This document shows positions 10,178 to 19,893 of a stretch of 64,000 nucleotides of DNA, one piece after another. Source of the stretch: Candidatus Saccharimonadales bacterium. GTDB taxonomy: Bacteria; Patescibacteriota; Saccharimonadia; Saccharimonadales; DASZAF01. A model generated the notes under the pieces. The model made no database searches and was not told where the DNA came from. It saw nothing but the letters and a program-made list of their open reading frames with translations. Within the stretch, counting starts at the first letter, position 1, and every line of letters begins with the position of its first letter. Made by a program: the position numbers and the translations under genes. The stretch lies in NCBI GenBank assembly GCA_035480055.1, contig DATIIB010000001.1, positions 117,453 through 181,452 of the forward strand, given 5' to 3'.

Positions 10178-11258
10178 AGGCTGTTGCTTCTTTTTTGCGA
10201 CGCAAGTATTCCACGAGCAGAATGCGACCACAGCCGGCAATCGGAATCGCCACGAGCGCACCAAAGAGGCCACCAAATTCTACGCCAATAATGGCCGAGG
10301 CAAACACGATAAGCGGCGATAAATTGGTAGCAGTGGCTTGAATCCGTGGACGAATAATATAATTCTCGACCTGTTGATACAGAACGTAATACGCGGCAAT
10401 TCCTGCTGCGGCAAATGGCGAGTGAGCCAACGCCACCAAAGTAATAATGACTGTGCCAATAATATGCCCAACCAACGGGATGAGCCCACAGATCAAAACC
10501 ACTCCCGCCAAGGCGATCGGATAATCAATATGCAGCGCAAGAAGCACCGGAAGGATTACCACAGCCGCAATCACCGCCAATACCACCTGCCCGTTCACAT
10601 ACCCTTTGACCACACTGTACATCTCACGGGTCAGCCGCTCGGTGCGTTCATGGTGGCGTTCGGGCAATAGCTCTTTGGCAAGCTTCAGCCAATACGGCCC
10701 TTCCAGCAACATCATAAAGGTCAGCACCAAGATGGTCAGCACCGCAACCACACTTCCTGCAGCCCGGCTCAGCACACCAAATGCGCGGCCACCTGCTTGG
10801 TCAAAATGGCCCGAGAGTTGGCTGGTAATATGTTGCGCCTCATCTTGCAATTTGTACTTACGAATGAGATCACCAACAGGGCCATTCTGCTTTTCAGTTT
10901 GCGCGATTAACTGCGGTGCGGAGCTGACAAAGTGGCTGGTCTGACGGACAAGTGGCGGCACCAGACTTACCATAAATCCACCAAGTGCCAGGGTTACAAT
11001 CACAAAAGCCACAATCGTGGCGATCTTGCGATTTCCACGCCGCTTACCAGGCAATTTATTGCTTAACCAATACACCGGCGCATTAAGAGAAAGGGTCAGG
11101 AAAAAGGCGGTCGCAATCAAAAGAAGCGCATGCCGTGTCCGATTGATAGCCAGTAGCGCACCAATAAAAACCAGACAAATCAACAATGCTCGTACAACAC
11201 TGTGGCCTTCGATCTCAATACGCAGTACATCGCGTTGTTTGTTCAGCGCAGCTTTCAC
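10176..11258 (-). CDS. AI-2E family transporter (PerM/YhhT-like)
   Basis: 360 aa. 7-8 TM helices with the characteristic AI-2E topology. GTG start in ORF track. Confidence 0.6.
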   Translation of the reverse strand: MKAALNKQRDVLRIEIEGHSVVRALLICLVFIGALLAINRTRHALLLIATAFFLTLSLNAPVYWLSNKLPGKRRGNRKIATIVAFVIVTLALGGFMVSLVPPLVRQTSHFVSSAPQLIAQTEKQNGPVGDLIRKYKLQDEAQHITSQLSGHFDQAGGRAFGVLSRAAGSVVAVLTILVLTFMMLLEGPYWLKLAKELLPERHHERTERLTREMYSVVKGYVNGQVVLAVIAAVVILPVLLALHIDYPIALAGVVLICGLIPLVGHIIGTVIITLVALAHSPFAAAGIAAYYVLYQQVENYIIRPRIQATATNLSPLIVFASAIIGVEFGGLFGALVAIPIAGCGRILLVEYLRRKKEATA

Positions 11259-11299
11259 TATGCCTCTATCATACCAGGCAATTCGATCTGCAGGACTAA

Positions 11300-11779
11300 T
11301 TAATTGACGTTGGCGTCTGGGGCTTGGGTACTGGCGCCGCCAAAACTAGGGTTGATGGTGATTTGGCTAGCTTCGGTGGAAGTGGTACCTGTCTTCTGAA
11401 TCATTACCGTATCACCAGTTTTGATATCACTCACCGCAGCGGTTGCGCCATTGTTCGTGACTTTGGTGTTGCTGGTGATCGAAAGAGTAGTCGCGCCGCC
11501 ACGCCGCGCATCGTTGACCGTAATGCTCGAGCTGCTCACTGCAGTGACTTGGCCAACAACTCGAAGGCTACTGCCCATACGTCCACCGCGTCTCATCATG
11601 CCGCCAGGCGTAATGGCGCTTTCGTCAAACTGTTGAGCTGCGATTGGTTTGCGATGTTGCTCAGCCTTTTCGAGTTGCATGCCGCCATAAAAACTGACGG
11701 CAACCGCAACCACTATCACCGCTGCGCCAACCAATTTAGTCTTCTGTGGCAGTTTTTTAAATAATGCGCGCGTCTCCAT
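11300..11779 (-). CDS. secreted hypothetical protein (DUF5666-like)
   Basis: N-terminal TM/signal. T/S-rich beta-rich C-terminus (TAVSSSSITVNDARRGGATTLSITSNTKVTNNGATAAVSDIKTGDTVMIQKTG). Confidence 0.5.
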   Translation of the reverse strand: METRALFKKLPQKTKLVGAAVIVVAVAVSFYGGMQLEKAEQHRKPIAAQQFDESAITPGGMMRRGGRMGSSLRVVGQVTAVSSSSITVNDARRGGATTLSITSNTKVTNNGATAAVSDIKTGDTVMIQKTGTTSTEASQITINPSFGGASTQAPDANVN

Positions 11780-11891
11780 TTGCTTTCTCCATAATGTCTG
11801 GCTTAATATGTCACGGCTTCCTGGGGAGAGGCTGAGGGTCGCGAGACTTTTCTTAGGTTAAGTTCAGCCCTGGACGGTATAGTGCGCATTT

Positions 11892-12785
11892 ATGGAAGCT
11901 CGCGAGACAACTGCAACCCCTCAATCACAGCACCGTTTTCGGCAAGCGATCATCGCCCTAACCGTCGCCAGCGTCCTGCTTGGGAGCGGCTTCTTTATCT
12001 ACCACAAAACGTTTCTTTCATCAGTGACGCTGGTGCCTCAAAAAGTCGTTGCGGCTGCCTCGTCCAAACCACCCAGCCCCAGCAGCGCCGCCATCGCTAC
12101 CCTGAACAGCCAGATTACCGGTCTCCTTGCCCAACACCCCGAGCTGGATATGTCTGTATCGGTTACCGACATCGCCAACCATCAATCGTATCACTATGGT
12201 GAATCCGCGCCTTTTGTGGCGGCCAGTACGGCCAAGCTTCTTACCGCCTCGTTGTATCTTCACCAAGTGGAGGCCGGACAAGTCGATCTCGATGACCTTG
12301 TAGGCAACGACACGGCTCGCAATCAATTGCAACAAATGATTGAGGTCAGCGACAATGGAGCTTGGGAAGCGCTCAATACCGTCCTTGGCCATCCAGCCTT
12401 AAAAGAGTTTGCCGCCGCTCATGGACTCACCAGTTACGACCCTGATGATAATACGCTGACCTCGAATGATGTGGCGCTGCTCCTGAGTCAACTCTACCAA
12501 AAGCAATTGCTCAACGCTGAGCACACCCAGTTTTTGCTTAATCTCATGCAGAACGCGAACAAAACAGATTACATCGTGGCGACAATTCCAAGCGGCGTCA
12601 CGGTGTACCATAAAGCCGGTTGGCTGGACGATCGCGTGCACGATGCCGCAATTATCGACAACCACACACATCCCTACGTGCTGGTGATCTTTACCAAAAC
12701 TGTTGATGGGAGCGCCTACGACGAGACTGCGGGCCAGGCATTATTCCACGGCATCACCAGCGCCACGCTGCACACGTTTAATTAA
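11892..12785 (+). CDS. class A beta-lactamase-related serine hydrolase
   Basis: SxxK active-site motif (FVAASTAKLL). N-terminal TM anchor. Confidence 0.65.
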   Translation: MEARETTATPQSQHRFRQAIIALTVASVLLGSGFFIYHKTFLSSVTLVPQKVVAAASSKPPSPSSAAIATLNSQITGLLAQHPELDMSVSVTDIANHQSYHYGESAPFVAASTAKLLTASLYLHQVEAGQVDLDDLVGNDTARNQLQQMIEVSDNGAWEALNTVLGHPALKEFAAAHGLTSYDPDDNTLTSNDVALLLSQLYQKQLLNAEHTQFLLNLMQNANKTDYIVATIPSGVTVYHKAGWLDDRVHDAAIIDNHTHPYVLVIFTKTVDGSAYDETAGQALFHGITSATLHTFN

Positions 12786-13426
12786 TCTTCGACCGTAATA
12801 CCAATATTCGCAGCCAATTGCGGAGCAATCATGACCAACTGCAACGAATCAATCTTGAGTCCTTTAAGATCCTGCCAACCACGAATGTCCAACAACTCGG
12901 CCTGTCTGGCATCAACATTCTTGACTTTGCATTGGCCAAATTCGGTCCTTTCCAGATGCGATGAGGTAAAGTTGACATCCACAAGCTCTGCTGCTTGAAA
13001 GTCGGTTTCGGTCAGGTTGCACTCAATAAACTGCACGCGTTCAAGTTTGGCAAACCGGAAGTTAGCCATGTCGAGTTTGCAACCCTCAAAGACCACATCC
13101 TTTAACAAGCTGCGGCTCAAATCTATTCCGCTCAACCGTCCCCCGACAAATCGCACTCGAATGAACGACCCGCCACTGCAGCGGGCGGCCGAAAAATCAG
13201 AAGTCTTCACGACAGTGTCGCTCAGGCTGAGCTTGTCGATTTTGGCTTCGGTGAACGAGACTCTCTCGAGCAAACTGTCATCAAAGGTGAGATTTTTGGC
13301 TTCATTGCCAGTAAAATCGGCTTCGGCAAGCAACACTTGGTCGAGCGTTGCGTCAGCTGTAAGCTGGTGCGCGGTAATTGGAGTAAGGTTTGATACATCC
13401 TTTGGCTGAGGTAGTGATTGTTTCAT
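12782..13426 (-). CDS. pentapeptide repeat protein
   Basis: Runs of A(D/N)LxX pentapeptides (ADFTGNEAKNLTFDDSLLERVSFTEAKIDKLSLSD...). Confidence 0.8.
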   Translation of the reverse strand: MKQSLPQPKDVSNLTPITAHQLTADATLDQVLLAEADFTGNEAKNLTFDDSLLERVSFTEAKIDKLSLSDTVVKTSDFSAARCSGGSFIRVRFVGGRLSGIDLSRSLLKDVVFEGCKLDMANFRFAKLERVQFIECNLTETDFQAAELVDVNFTSSHLERTEFGQCKVKNVDARQAELLDIRGWQDLKGLKIDSLQLVMIAPQLAANIGITVED

Positions 13427-13437
13427 AGATTCTTATT

Positions 13438-13848
13438 CTACAACCATTTAAATTTATCAGGGGTCGAATTTTCATCAAAGTCGGTGTAGTTATTGGTTAT
13501 CTCATCACCTGCTGCAATATCTCGATTAGCACGGAACAGCGGTTCTTCTGAAATCTCAGGCTCAAAAGATACACTTGTGTTGAAATCGGTTGGATCGTGG
13601 TTAGTGTAGCAGGCTGGATCATCGCCTGGCGGTAGTACCCACATCTTGGTAGTAGGTGAAAGATACGCGACACGTTGTACTGCGGTTTTGGTACTTTCGT
13701 TTAAGATATCAAACTCTTCTCTTGATATCTTTTTATCGTGGCCTTCGGTGTACTGCCAGACAATTGTTCCTTTGGGTATGGATTCTAAGGCAAAGACACC
13801 TTTGCCGTCGATGTTGGAGTTGCGTATTTCAACCTGAACTCTGTACAT
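13438..13848 (-). CDS. SET domain protein (putative protein-lysine methyltransferase)
   Basis: GKGVFALESIPKGTIVWQYTG (GxG AdoMet loop), TNHDPTDFNT (NHSCxPN-like), RDIAAGDEITNNY (post-SET ELxxDY-like). Start chosen at MYRVQVE. Confidence 0.65.
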   Translation of the reverse strand: MYRVQVEIRNSNIDGKGVFALESIPKGTIVWQYTEGHDKKISREEFDILNESTKTAVQRVAYLSPTTKMWVLPPGDDPACYTNHDPTDFNTSVSFEPEISEEPLFRANRDIAAGDEITNNYTDFDENSTPDKFKWL

Positions 13849-13907
13849 TGCACTATGATAACAAAATAAAAAGACTCCCGGGGAAGTCTTTTCAATCATA
13901 TACTTTA

Positions 13908-13982
13908 TGGCTCCGGGGAGAGGGTTCGAACCTCCGACCTAGTGGTTAACAGCCACCCGCTCTACCGCTGAGCTACCCCGGA
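13908..13982 (-). tRNA. tRNA-Asn (anticodon GTT)
   Basis: Reverse complement reads TCCGGGGTAGCTCAGCGGTAGAGCGGGTGGCTGTTAACCACTAGGTCGGAGGTTCGAACCCTCTCCCCGGAGCCA. 7-bp acceptor stem, D arm, anticodon loop CTGTTAA, T arm GGAGG/TTCGAAC/CCTCT, encoded CCA. Confidence 0.9.
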
Positions 13983-14037
13983 ATACGAGGGTAATTATAC
14001 TGTTTTAGCGCCGCGAGGTCAATCTGTTCGTCAATAA

Positions 14038-14514
14038 TTAGCAGCCTGCTTTTACTTCCACTATTTTGTTGTCTCTTTTCACGGTAAAGTGAATCCCTCC
14101 ACTATTAAAAGCTTGCTCGTCATTCAAAGATGTGGCTGAAAAGCTCTTGAAATCACCGCCTTTAAGCGGCAACGCAGTAACTCCACCGCTTTTATTCGCG
14201 GAAAAAAGGATACCCGACTGAAGTGAGCGGTTAACTGCGCCATCAGTGAATACGCCCATCACCTTTGCTTCATTAGGAGCAAGCGTCGTTTCAGCGGGAT
14301 CTTTCACGGTGACAATATTACATCTTACCGCCACCGCGCCAATTGCTTGTCCTGCCGCTTTAAGCTTTTCAAATTCAGGCGAGAAGTTCATGCCTGCTTC
14401 GGCAGTAGGGTTCTTATGGTGATGTGAAGACGGGGTACTCAACACAGCCGCGCCTGCCAAAGCCACTGCAGCGGTCGCCTCTTTATGTTTCCAAATAAAC
14501 TTACTAATTTCCAT
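14038..14514 (-). CDS. secreted hypothetical protein
   Basis: Signal peptide/TM (AAVALAGAAVLS). No recognisable catalytic motifs. Confidence 0.5.
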   Translation of the reverse strand: MEISKFIWKHKEATAAVALAGAAVLSTPSSHHHKNPTAEAGMNFSPEFEKLKAAGQAIGAVAVRCNIVTVKDPAETTLAPNEAKVMGVFTDGAVNRSLQSGILFSANKSGGVTALPLKGGDFKSFSATSLNDEQAFNSGGIHFTVKRDNKIVEVKAGC

Positions 14515-14551
14515 TAGTCAAACCATACCACTTTGTGGCGATAATGGCAAT

Positions 14552-15010
14552 TTAGTTTTGTTTAGATGTGGATTGTTGCAAAGCCAACAGACGCGATTTG
14601 GCAGCACTAGCGGCTTCGGCAAAACCCAAAATGTGCAAAGCGCCCACCAGCACATATAGTTCGTCTACCATTTTCTCTTCCAGCTGTTCGGCCTTCAGTT
14701 CGGCTGAGTGGAATTTGTGATTCACGATGTTCACTAACCATTTTTCTTCTGCTGCGCCAATCTTCGGCGCACCGACAAACTCAGGTGTTTTTTGCTTTAC
14801 TACTTCTAATGAGCGAGCGGAACGATTGCGTTTGTGCAAATGGCCTTTGGTGATCAAATTATTAACATGGATAGCGACGGTTGAAACCGACTTGTACCCA
14901 ATACCCCGCATAATTTCGCGGTAGCTCGGACCATAGCCGTGCTGAGAGATAAACTGCTCTATGAAGGTCAGTAACTCGCGCTGCTTTTTGCTGGGACGCG
15001 TCTCATTCAT
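14552..15010 (-). CDS. LexA-type winged-HTH DNA-binding protein lacking S24 peptidase domain
   Basis: N-terminus LTFIEQFISQHGYGPSYREIMRGIGYKSVSTVAIHVNNLITKGHL matches the LexA DNA-binding domain. C-terminal 70 aa are coiled-coil-like, with no Ser/Lys dyad. Confidence 0.55.
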   Translation of the reverse strand: MNETRPSKKQRELLTFIEQFISQHGYGPSYREIMRGIGYKSVSTVAIHVNNLITKGHLHKRNRSARSLEVVKQKTPEFVGAPKIGAAEEKWLVNIVNHKFHSAELKAEQLEEKMVDELYVLVGALHILGFAEAASAAKSRLLALQQSTSKQN

Positions 15011-15021
15011 GATTATGCTTA

Positions 15022-15486
15022 TTATACTCTAATGTGAACCGAATGAAACTGTGGACCTTTAAAAACCCAGAAGCGATATCCGGCATAATTCCAAAATGTC
15101 ATAAAAAAGGCGACCACGAATTTGCCCAAAAATGGCGAAATGCCGAGCCACTCTTGCAAGAATTTAAGAGCCATGTAGGTGATGCCGTAATTGATGGCCA
15201 GCCAGACACCATACTTAAAAGTACCGGTCACAAAATAATCGCGCTGAGCGTCACGCGCAAAAGCCCAATAGCGAAGCAGCAAAAAGTTGGTCACAAAACC
15301 GATCACATACGCAATAGCTGTCGCCAACGCGAGTTCGATCTTGCCCAAACGATAGCTTGCAAAAAACGCCAGATAATCAGCCCCGAACACGATAATGCCG
15401 CTGAGAAGGTATTGGAGAATGGCGCCTTCTTTGAGGTAAGTGATAATTCGCCACCAAGGTCGGTAGTGGGCAACGCGTGGACTCAT
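15022..15486 (-). CDS. GtrA family protein
   Basis: Four-TM small protein with GtrA-like motif FGADYLAFFASYRLGKIELALATAIAYVIGFVTNFLLLRYWAF. Confidence 0.75.
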   Translation of the reverse strand: MSPRVAHYRPWWRIITYLKEGAILQYLLSGIIVFGADYLAFFASYRLGKIELALATAIAYVIGFVTNFLLLRYWAFARDAQRDYFVTGTFKYGVWLAINYGITYMALKFLQEWLGISPFLGKFVVAFFMTFWNYAGYRFWVFKGPQFHSVHIRV

Positions 15487-15829
15487 AAGTTAATTGAAAC
15501 ACAAACTTATAAGGAGCGTCCACGATAAGAAGAAGATTTCTTACTGTGGGCGCTCCTGTAGCTGCGTGACTTTCTTTGTAATTGATTTTTAGGAAAATAT
15601 TTTATTCTTTGTCGGTGACGTCGGTAATGCGAACTGGCTCAAGAGCGAGTTGCACATTTACTTCCTGTAATCGTTCGCTAATACGGTTTTGGAATTTTGC
15701 GATTCGGTTTTCGATACTCATTTTTTTGTGTTACCCTTCTTTTTATGTTGCTTGCTTTTTGTGTTACATACTTATGTAATGACTTAACATTAGCATAAGT
15801 ATAGTTATTTGTCAACAATATGGTAATGC

Positions 15830-17131
15830 TTATTTTTCTACACGGTACAAAATGGCCGCAATACTCCACCAAATGATGGCTGTGGTTTCGTCGGCCCAGC
15901 CTTGCAGAAAGAAGTTAACTACTGCGAGTCCCACAAAAGCCGCCAACCAAGCGCCTGCCCATTTGTGCTGACGCTGTTGCCATAATCGCCAGGCAACCAT
16001 GCCATTTATCGCCAAAAAGAGCAACAGGCCAAAAATGCCTAGCTCCTCAGCAATCTGTAGATAATAGTTTTCGGGAATGTTGGGGGTAGGGCCATAAAAC
16101 GAAGCCGGACCAGCCGTACCTGGACCCTGGCCAAAAGGATGATGCCACATGTTTTTACCCGCACGACCAAGAGCGGCAAAATGTTCAACGGTTGAGCCGC
16201 GGTCATGATCGCCTGTCTTGTTGTGCAGAATTGTGTTTTGCAAAAAAACCGAATGGGGCAGCGCAACAGCCAGACCGATACCACCAACCATAAATACGGT
16301 TACCGTGCCGCCCACCAGTACCCGCCTAAGCCGCTGGCTTTTGATGCGCACAAAGATAAATACTGCACCAGCCACAAATGCACCCAGCCAGGCACTACGC
16401 GAATAAGTGAAAAATAGCACCACGCCGGTCAGTAGCAAGAGCCCGCTCATCAGCAGTCTGCGATCTTTACGCCACGCGGTTGCAAACACCACCCCAATGA
16501 TAATCAAATACTCAGCGAGCGGATTCGGTCCCCGCAGGGTAGACTGCAGCCGCACAATACTCTGATTGTTGTCCAAAGTAGTTGCCGGTGCTATGGTCGC
16601 ATTGCCGTACCCAAAGTGTTGCAAAAAATCTGTTGGCAAGAGCGTTGCCTGGAGCACTGCAAAAAGAAGTACTGCTAAGCCTCCCACGGCTACCGTCACC
16701 AACCCAAGATCAAGCAGCTTGCGACGAGGCACAAAAGTAAGAAGCACCCACGTCAGCAATACCATTCCCAAAAAACGCAGATTCATCAAAATGCCGGCCA
16801 GCGCCGGGGAGCGCTCGGGTCGGAACACCGCCCAGAGTACCAAGTGCAGCGCCGCGTAGGCAAAAATCAGCCACACAAGTTTGTCAGCCCAGTAAGCTTG
16901 CAGCTTGCGACTGCGGTACAGATAGATCAAGCTGACCACCAAATCAATCAACAGCAAAATCTCTTTCCAAGACTTCCACACTTCCAGCGGACCAATGCTT
17001 GCCCCGCCCCAGGTCGACAAAAAAGCATGGAACGGCATGAGCGCCAGAATCACCAGCCAACTACTGAGCAAAAACAATTCACTTGGCGAGCGCTTGGTGA
17101 ATATCCGAAATAGTGCGCGAAGATCAATCAT
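15830..17131 (-). CDS. O-antigen ligase/polymerase family protein (Wzy_C domain)
   Basis: ~11 TM helices. Conserved YSRSAWLGAFVAGAVF-type Wzy_C/O-antigen ligase motif with a periplasmic loop. Confidence 0.7.
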   Translation of the reverse strand: MIDLRALFRIFTKRSPSELFLLSSWLVILALMPFHAFLSTWGGASIGPLEVWKSWKEILLLIDLVVSLIYLYRSRKLQAYWADKLVWLIFAYAALHLVLWAVFRPERSPALAGILMNLRFLGMVLLTWVLLTFVPRRKLLDLGLVTVAVGGLAVLLFAVLQATLLPTDFLQHFGYGNATIAPATTLDNNQSIVRLQSTLRGPNPLAEYLIIIGVVFATAWRKDRRLLMSGLLLLTGVVLFFTYSRSAWLGAFVAGAVFIFVRIKSQRLRRVLVGGTVTVFMVGGIGLAVALPHSVFLQNTILHNKTGDHDRGSTVEHFAALGRAGKNMWHHPFGQGPGTAGPASFYGPTPNIPENYYLQIAEELGIFGLLLFLAINGMVAWRLWQQRQHKWAGAWLAAFVGLAVVNFFLQGWADETTAIIWWSIAAILYRVEK

Positions 17132-17197
17132 CTGGCCCTAGTATACCACCGGGAAAGCTAGAGATTTTACCTCTTTGGGCGTACAATAACAGACATC

Positions 17198-18637
17198 GTG
17201 AATGATCGTTGGTCACAACTCTACCGTATTCTTTTGCTCCTGGGTGACTTTACCGTCCTGCTGCTGGCGTTTACCGTCAGTTATATTGTGCGAGTCAAAC
17301 TCACGCACCGGCCACTTGCCGAAAATGTCTACGCCCGCGACTACCTCATTATCTTTTTGAGTATTCTGCCGTTTTGGCTGATGTTGTTTGCCTTTCTTGG
17401 GCTTTACAACAAGCAAGTCTACGAAAATCGTCCATCGCAGGTGGCCCGGCTGATTATTGGTTCAGCTGTGGGGATTATGTTTGTGATTAGCTATAGCTTC
17501 TTTGCCAGAGTGGCTATTTTTCCTGCCCGCATTGTGCCGCTGTATGCGTTTGGGTTTGCCTTGCTGCTGTTGCTTATTGAGCGTGAGGTAATGCGCTGGC
17601 TGCGATTTTGGGCCTACCGCCACAAGTGGGGGATTACTCGCGTCATGCTTATTGGCAATGCCGAAGCAACTCGCGAACTGGCCTCGCTGATGCGCGGGAG
17701 TATGCGAACAGGTTATAAGGTGGTGTCGATCGTCGGTCGCAAAAGCGCTATCCCCAAAGGAATGCACGGCATTCATCATTTCCGGACCATCCCAGTCGCG
17801 CTGGCAAAGCTCAAAGAACTTGATATCGACACCGTGGTGCAAACCGAATGGTATCAGGAGCACGAAATTAACACCCGCATTTTGGAAGCTGCCCAGCAAT
17901 TACACCTGGGGTACAAATTCATTCCAACCCAAAGCGAGTTTTACACCAACAGCAATACGGTCGAATTATTCCAAGGCCTCCCAACCGTCAGCGTCCATCC
18001 CACTCCGTTGGTAGGTTGGGGCCGAATTGTCAAACGCGCCTTTGACACCGGCACCAGCGTGCTCGCGCTAATTGTGCTCTCGCCGGTCTTTTTGCTAATC
18101 GCTTTGCTTATTAAACTTACCGACCCAAAGGGACCGATTATTTTTTATCAGGAACGAGTGACGCGGCATGGCCGACTCTTTCGCTTTTACAAATTCCGCT
18201 CCATGAAACATCAGTACAGTGGTATCTCAGCAATCACCGCCTTCACGCGCATGAAACGCCCTGACTTAGTTAAGGAATACGAGAAATATCGCAAAGTCGC
18301 CGATGACCCACGCATTACCACAGTGGGCAAATTCCTCCGGAAGTTTAGCCTGGATGAACTGCCGCAATTTTGGAACGTCGCGCGTGGTGATATTAGTTTG
18401 GTAGGGCCACGGGCTTTTCTGCCTGAGGAGCTTGATCTTTACCAAGCCAGTCCCTTGCTTTTAAGCGTGCGGACCGGCATCACTGGCTTATGGCAGGTAT
18501 CTGGCCGCAGTAACCTTACCTTTGAGCAGCGTTTGGAACTGGAGTTGTATTACGTGCAAAACTGGAGCTTTTGGAGTGACATACGAATTATCCTACGTAC
18601 CTTTAAGGTGGTGCTTTTTGGTAAAGGCGCAAAGTAA
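17198..18637 (+). CDS. polyprenyl glycosylphosphotransferase (WbaP/WcaJ-like initiating sugar transferase)
   Basis: C-terminal bacterial sugar transferase domain with DELPQFWNVARGDISLVGPRA. N-terminal multi-TM plus central domain as in WbaP. GTG start per ORF track. Confidence 0.85.
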   Translation: MNDRWSQLYRILLLLGDFTVLLLAFTVSYIVRVKLTHRPLAENVYARDYLIIFLSILPFWLMLFAFLGLYNKQVYENRPSQVARLIIGSAVGIMFVISYSFFARVAIFPARIVPLYAFGFALLLLLIEREVMRWLRFWAYRHKWGITRVMLIGNAEATRELASLMRGSMRTGYKVVSIVGRKSAIPKGMHGIHHFRTIPVALAKLKELDIDTVVQTEWYQEHEINTRILEAAQQLHLGYKFIPTQSEFYTNSNTVELFQGLPTVSVHPTPLVGWGRIVKRAFDTGTSVLALIVLSPVFLLIALLIKLTDPKGPIIFYQERVTRHGRLFRFYKFRSMKHQYSGISAITAFTRMKRPDLVKEYEKYRKVADDPRITTVGKFLRKFSLDELPQFWNVARGDISLVGPRAFLPEELDLYQASPLLLSVRTGITGLWQVSGRSNLTFEQRLELELYYVQNWSFWSDIRIILRTFKVVLFGKGAK

Positions 18638-19893
18638 TGACTGCTAAAAATAAGTCACGGAGCCTCACGTGGCTTCCATATCGAGCGACGTTTTGGTCAT
18701 TCTTGTGGATGGGCAAGGCCGCCAAAAAAACAGCAGCCTTAGCTCGGACGCCGCACCCCGCACCTCCCCCTAAGGCAGCATCTTCTGCTGCCCCACGTGT
18801 GGCAATTGTAGCCGACTGGTTGACCAATATGGGCGGCGCCGAAAGGGTAGTTTTGGCGCTCCACGAAGCCTATCCCGAGGCACCAATCTTCACGTCAGTG
18901 TTTGAGCCCAGCGCTATGCCACTCTTCAAAGACGCTGACGTCCGAACAACGTGGCTACAAAAATTCCCACGTTTTTTGCGTAAAAAGCATCAGCTCTTCC
19001 CGGTTTTTCGAGCATTGGTCTTTCCGCGGATTGATCTTAGTGCGTACGACATTATTATTTCTTCGGCCAGCGCTGAGGCCAAGGCCGTGACTGCGGCGCA
19101 TACCGCCACGCATATCTGTTACTTGCATACACCGATTCGCTACTACTGGAGCCACTACGACCAATACCGTCAGCGTCCGGGGTTTGGACCTTTGGATCCA
19201 GTCATTAGGTTGCTTATCCCCCCATTTGTGCGATGGATGCGTCCCCTCGATCTCAAGGCTGTGGGCGGCGTGGATTATTTTATTGCCAACAGTCACGAAG
19301 TCCAGAAGCGCATCACCCAGTATTACCACCGTCAGTCTACCGTTATTTACCCGCCGGTTGGCGTAAAGCGTCTCAAGCCTCACAAGCCGGTCAAAAAAGA
19401 AGACTACTACCTGGTTGTGGGCCGGCAGATTCCTTACAAACGGATGGATTTGGCAATTACCGCCTGTAATAAGCTTGGCAAACGATTGATTGTTATCGGC
19501 CGCGGAAGTGAACACGAGGCTTTGGTAAGGTTGGGTGGCCCCACGGTTGAATTTAAGACCAATGTCAACGACCACGACATCGTGGCGTATTTTCAACAGG
19601 CAAAAGCGCTCATCTGGCCTCAAGAAGAAGATTTTGGAGTGACCGCTGTGGAGGCAATGGCTGCCGGCACTCCGGTGATCGCTTATCAAAAAGGTGGCGC
19701 GAGCGACTATGTCAAAGATGGCGTGACCGGCCTTTTGTTCAAAGAACAGACCGAGGAGTCACTCATCCAGGCCATGCAACGATGTGAGAAGAAATCTTTT
19801 GACAGTCAGGCAATCAGCGCCTATGCTGAGCAATTTTCGGAAGCTGTATTTATCCAGAAAATCCACGATTTTGTAGCAACGCACCATCGTTAA
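18637..19893 (+). CDS. glycosyltransferase family 4
   Basis: EDFGVTAVEAMAAGTPVIAYQKGGASDYVKDGVTG. TAATG stop/start overlap with the upstream phosphotransferase gene. Confidence 0.8.
   Translation: MTAKNKSRSLTWLPYRATFWSFLWMGKAAKKTAALARTPHPAPPPKAASSAAPRVAIVADWLTNMGGAERVVLALHEAYPEAPIFTSVFEPSAMPLFKDADVRTTWLQKFPRFLRKKHQLFPVFRALVFPRIDLSAYDIIISSASAEAKAVTAAHTATHICYLHTPIRYYWSHYDQYRQRPGFGPLDPVIRLLIPPFVRWMRPLDLKAVGGVDYFIANSHEVQKRITQYYHRQSTVIYPPVGVKRLKPHKPVKKEDYYLVVGRQIPYKRMDLAITACNKLGKRLIVIGRGSEHEALVRLGGPTVEFKTNVNDHDIVAYFQQAKALIWPQEEDFGVTAVEAMAAGTPVIAYQKGGASDYVKDGVTGLLFKEQTEESLIQAMQRCEKKSFDSQAISAYAEQFSEAVFIQKIHDFVATHHR

Noticed and set aside
15603-15721. Possible 39-aa minus-strand small ORF (MSIENRIAKFQNRISERLQEVNVQLALEPVRITDVTDKE) between gtrA and the ligase-family gene
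   Set aside because: Weak RBS and no recognisable family. Could be a real small protein but there is no support beyond an open frame. Left unannotated.
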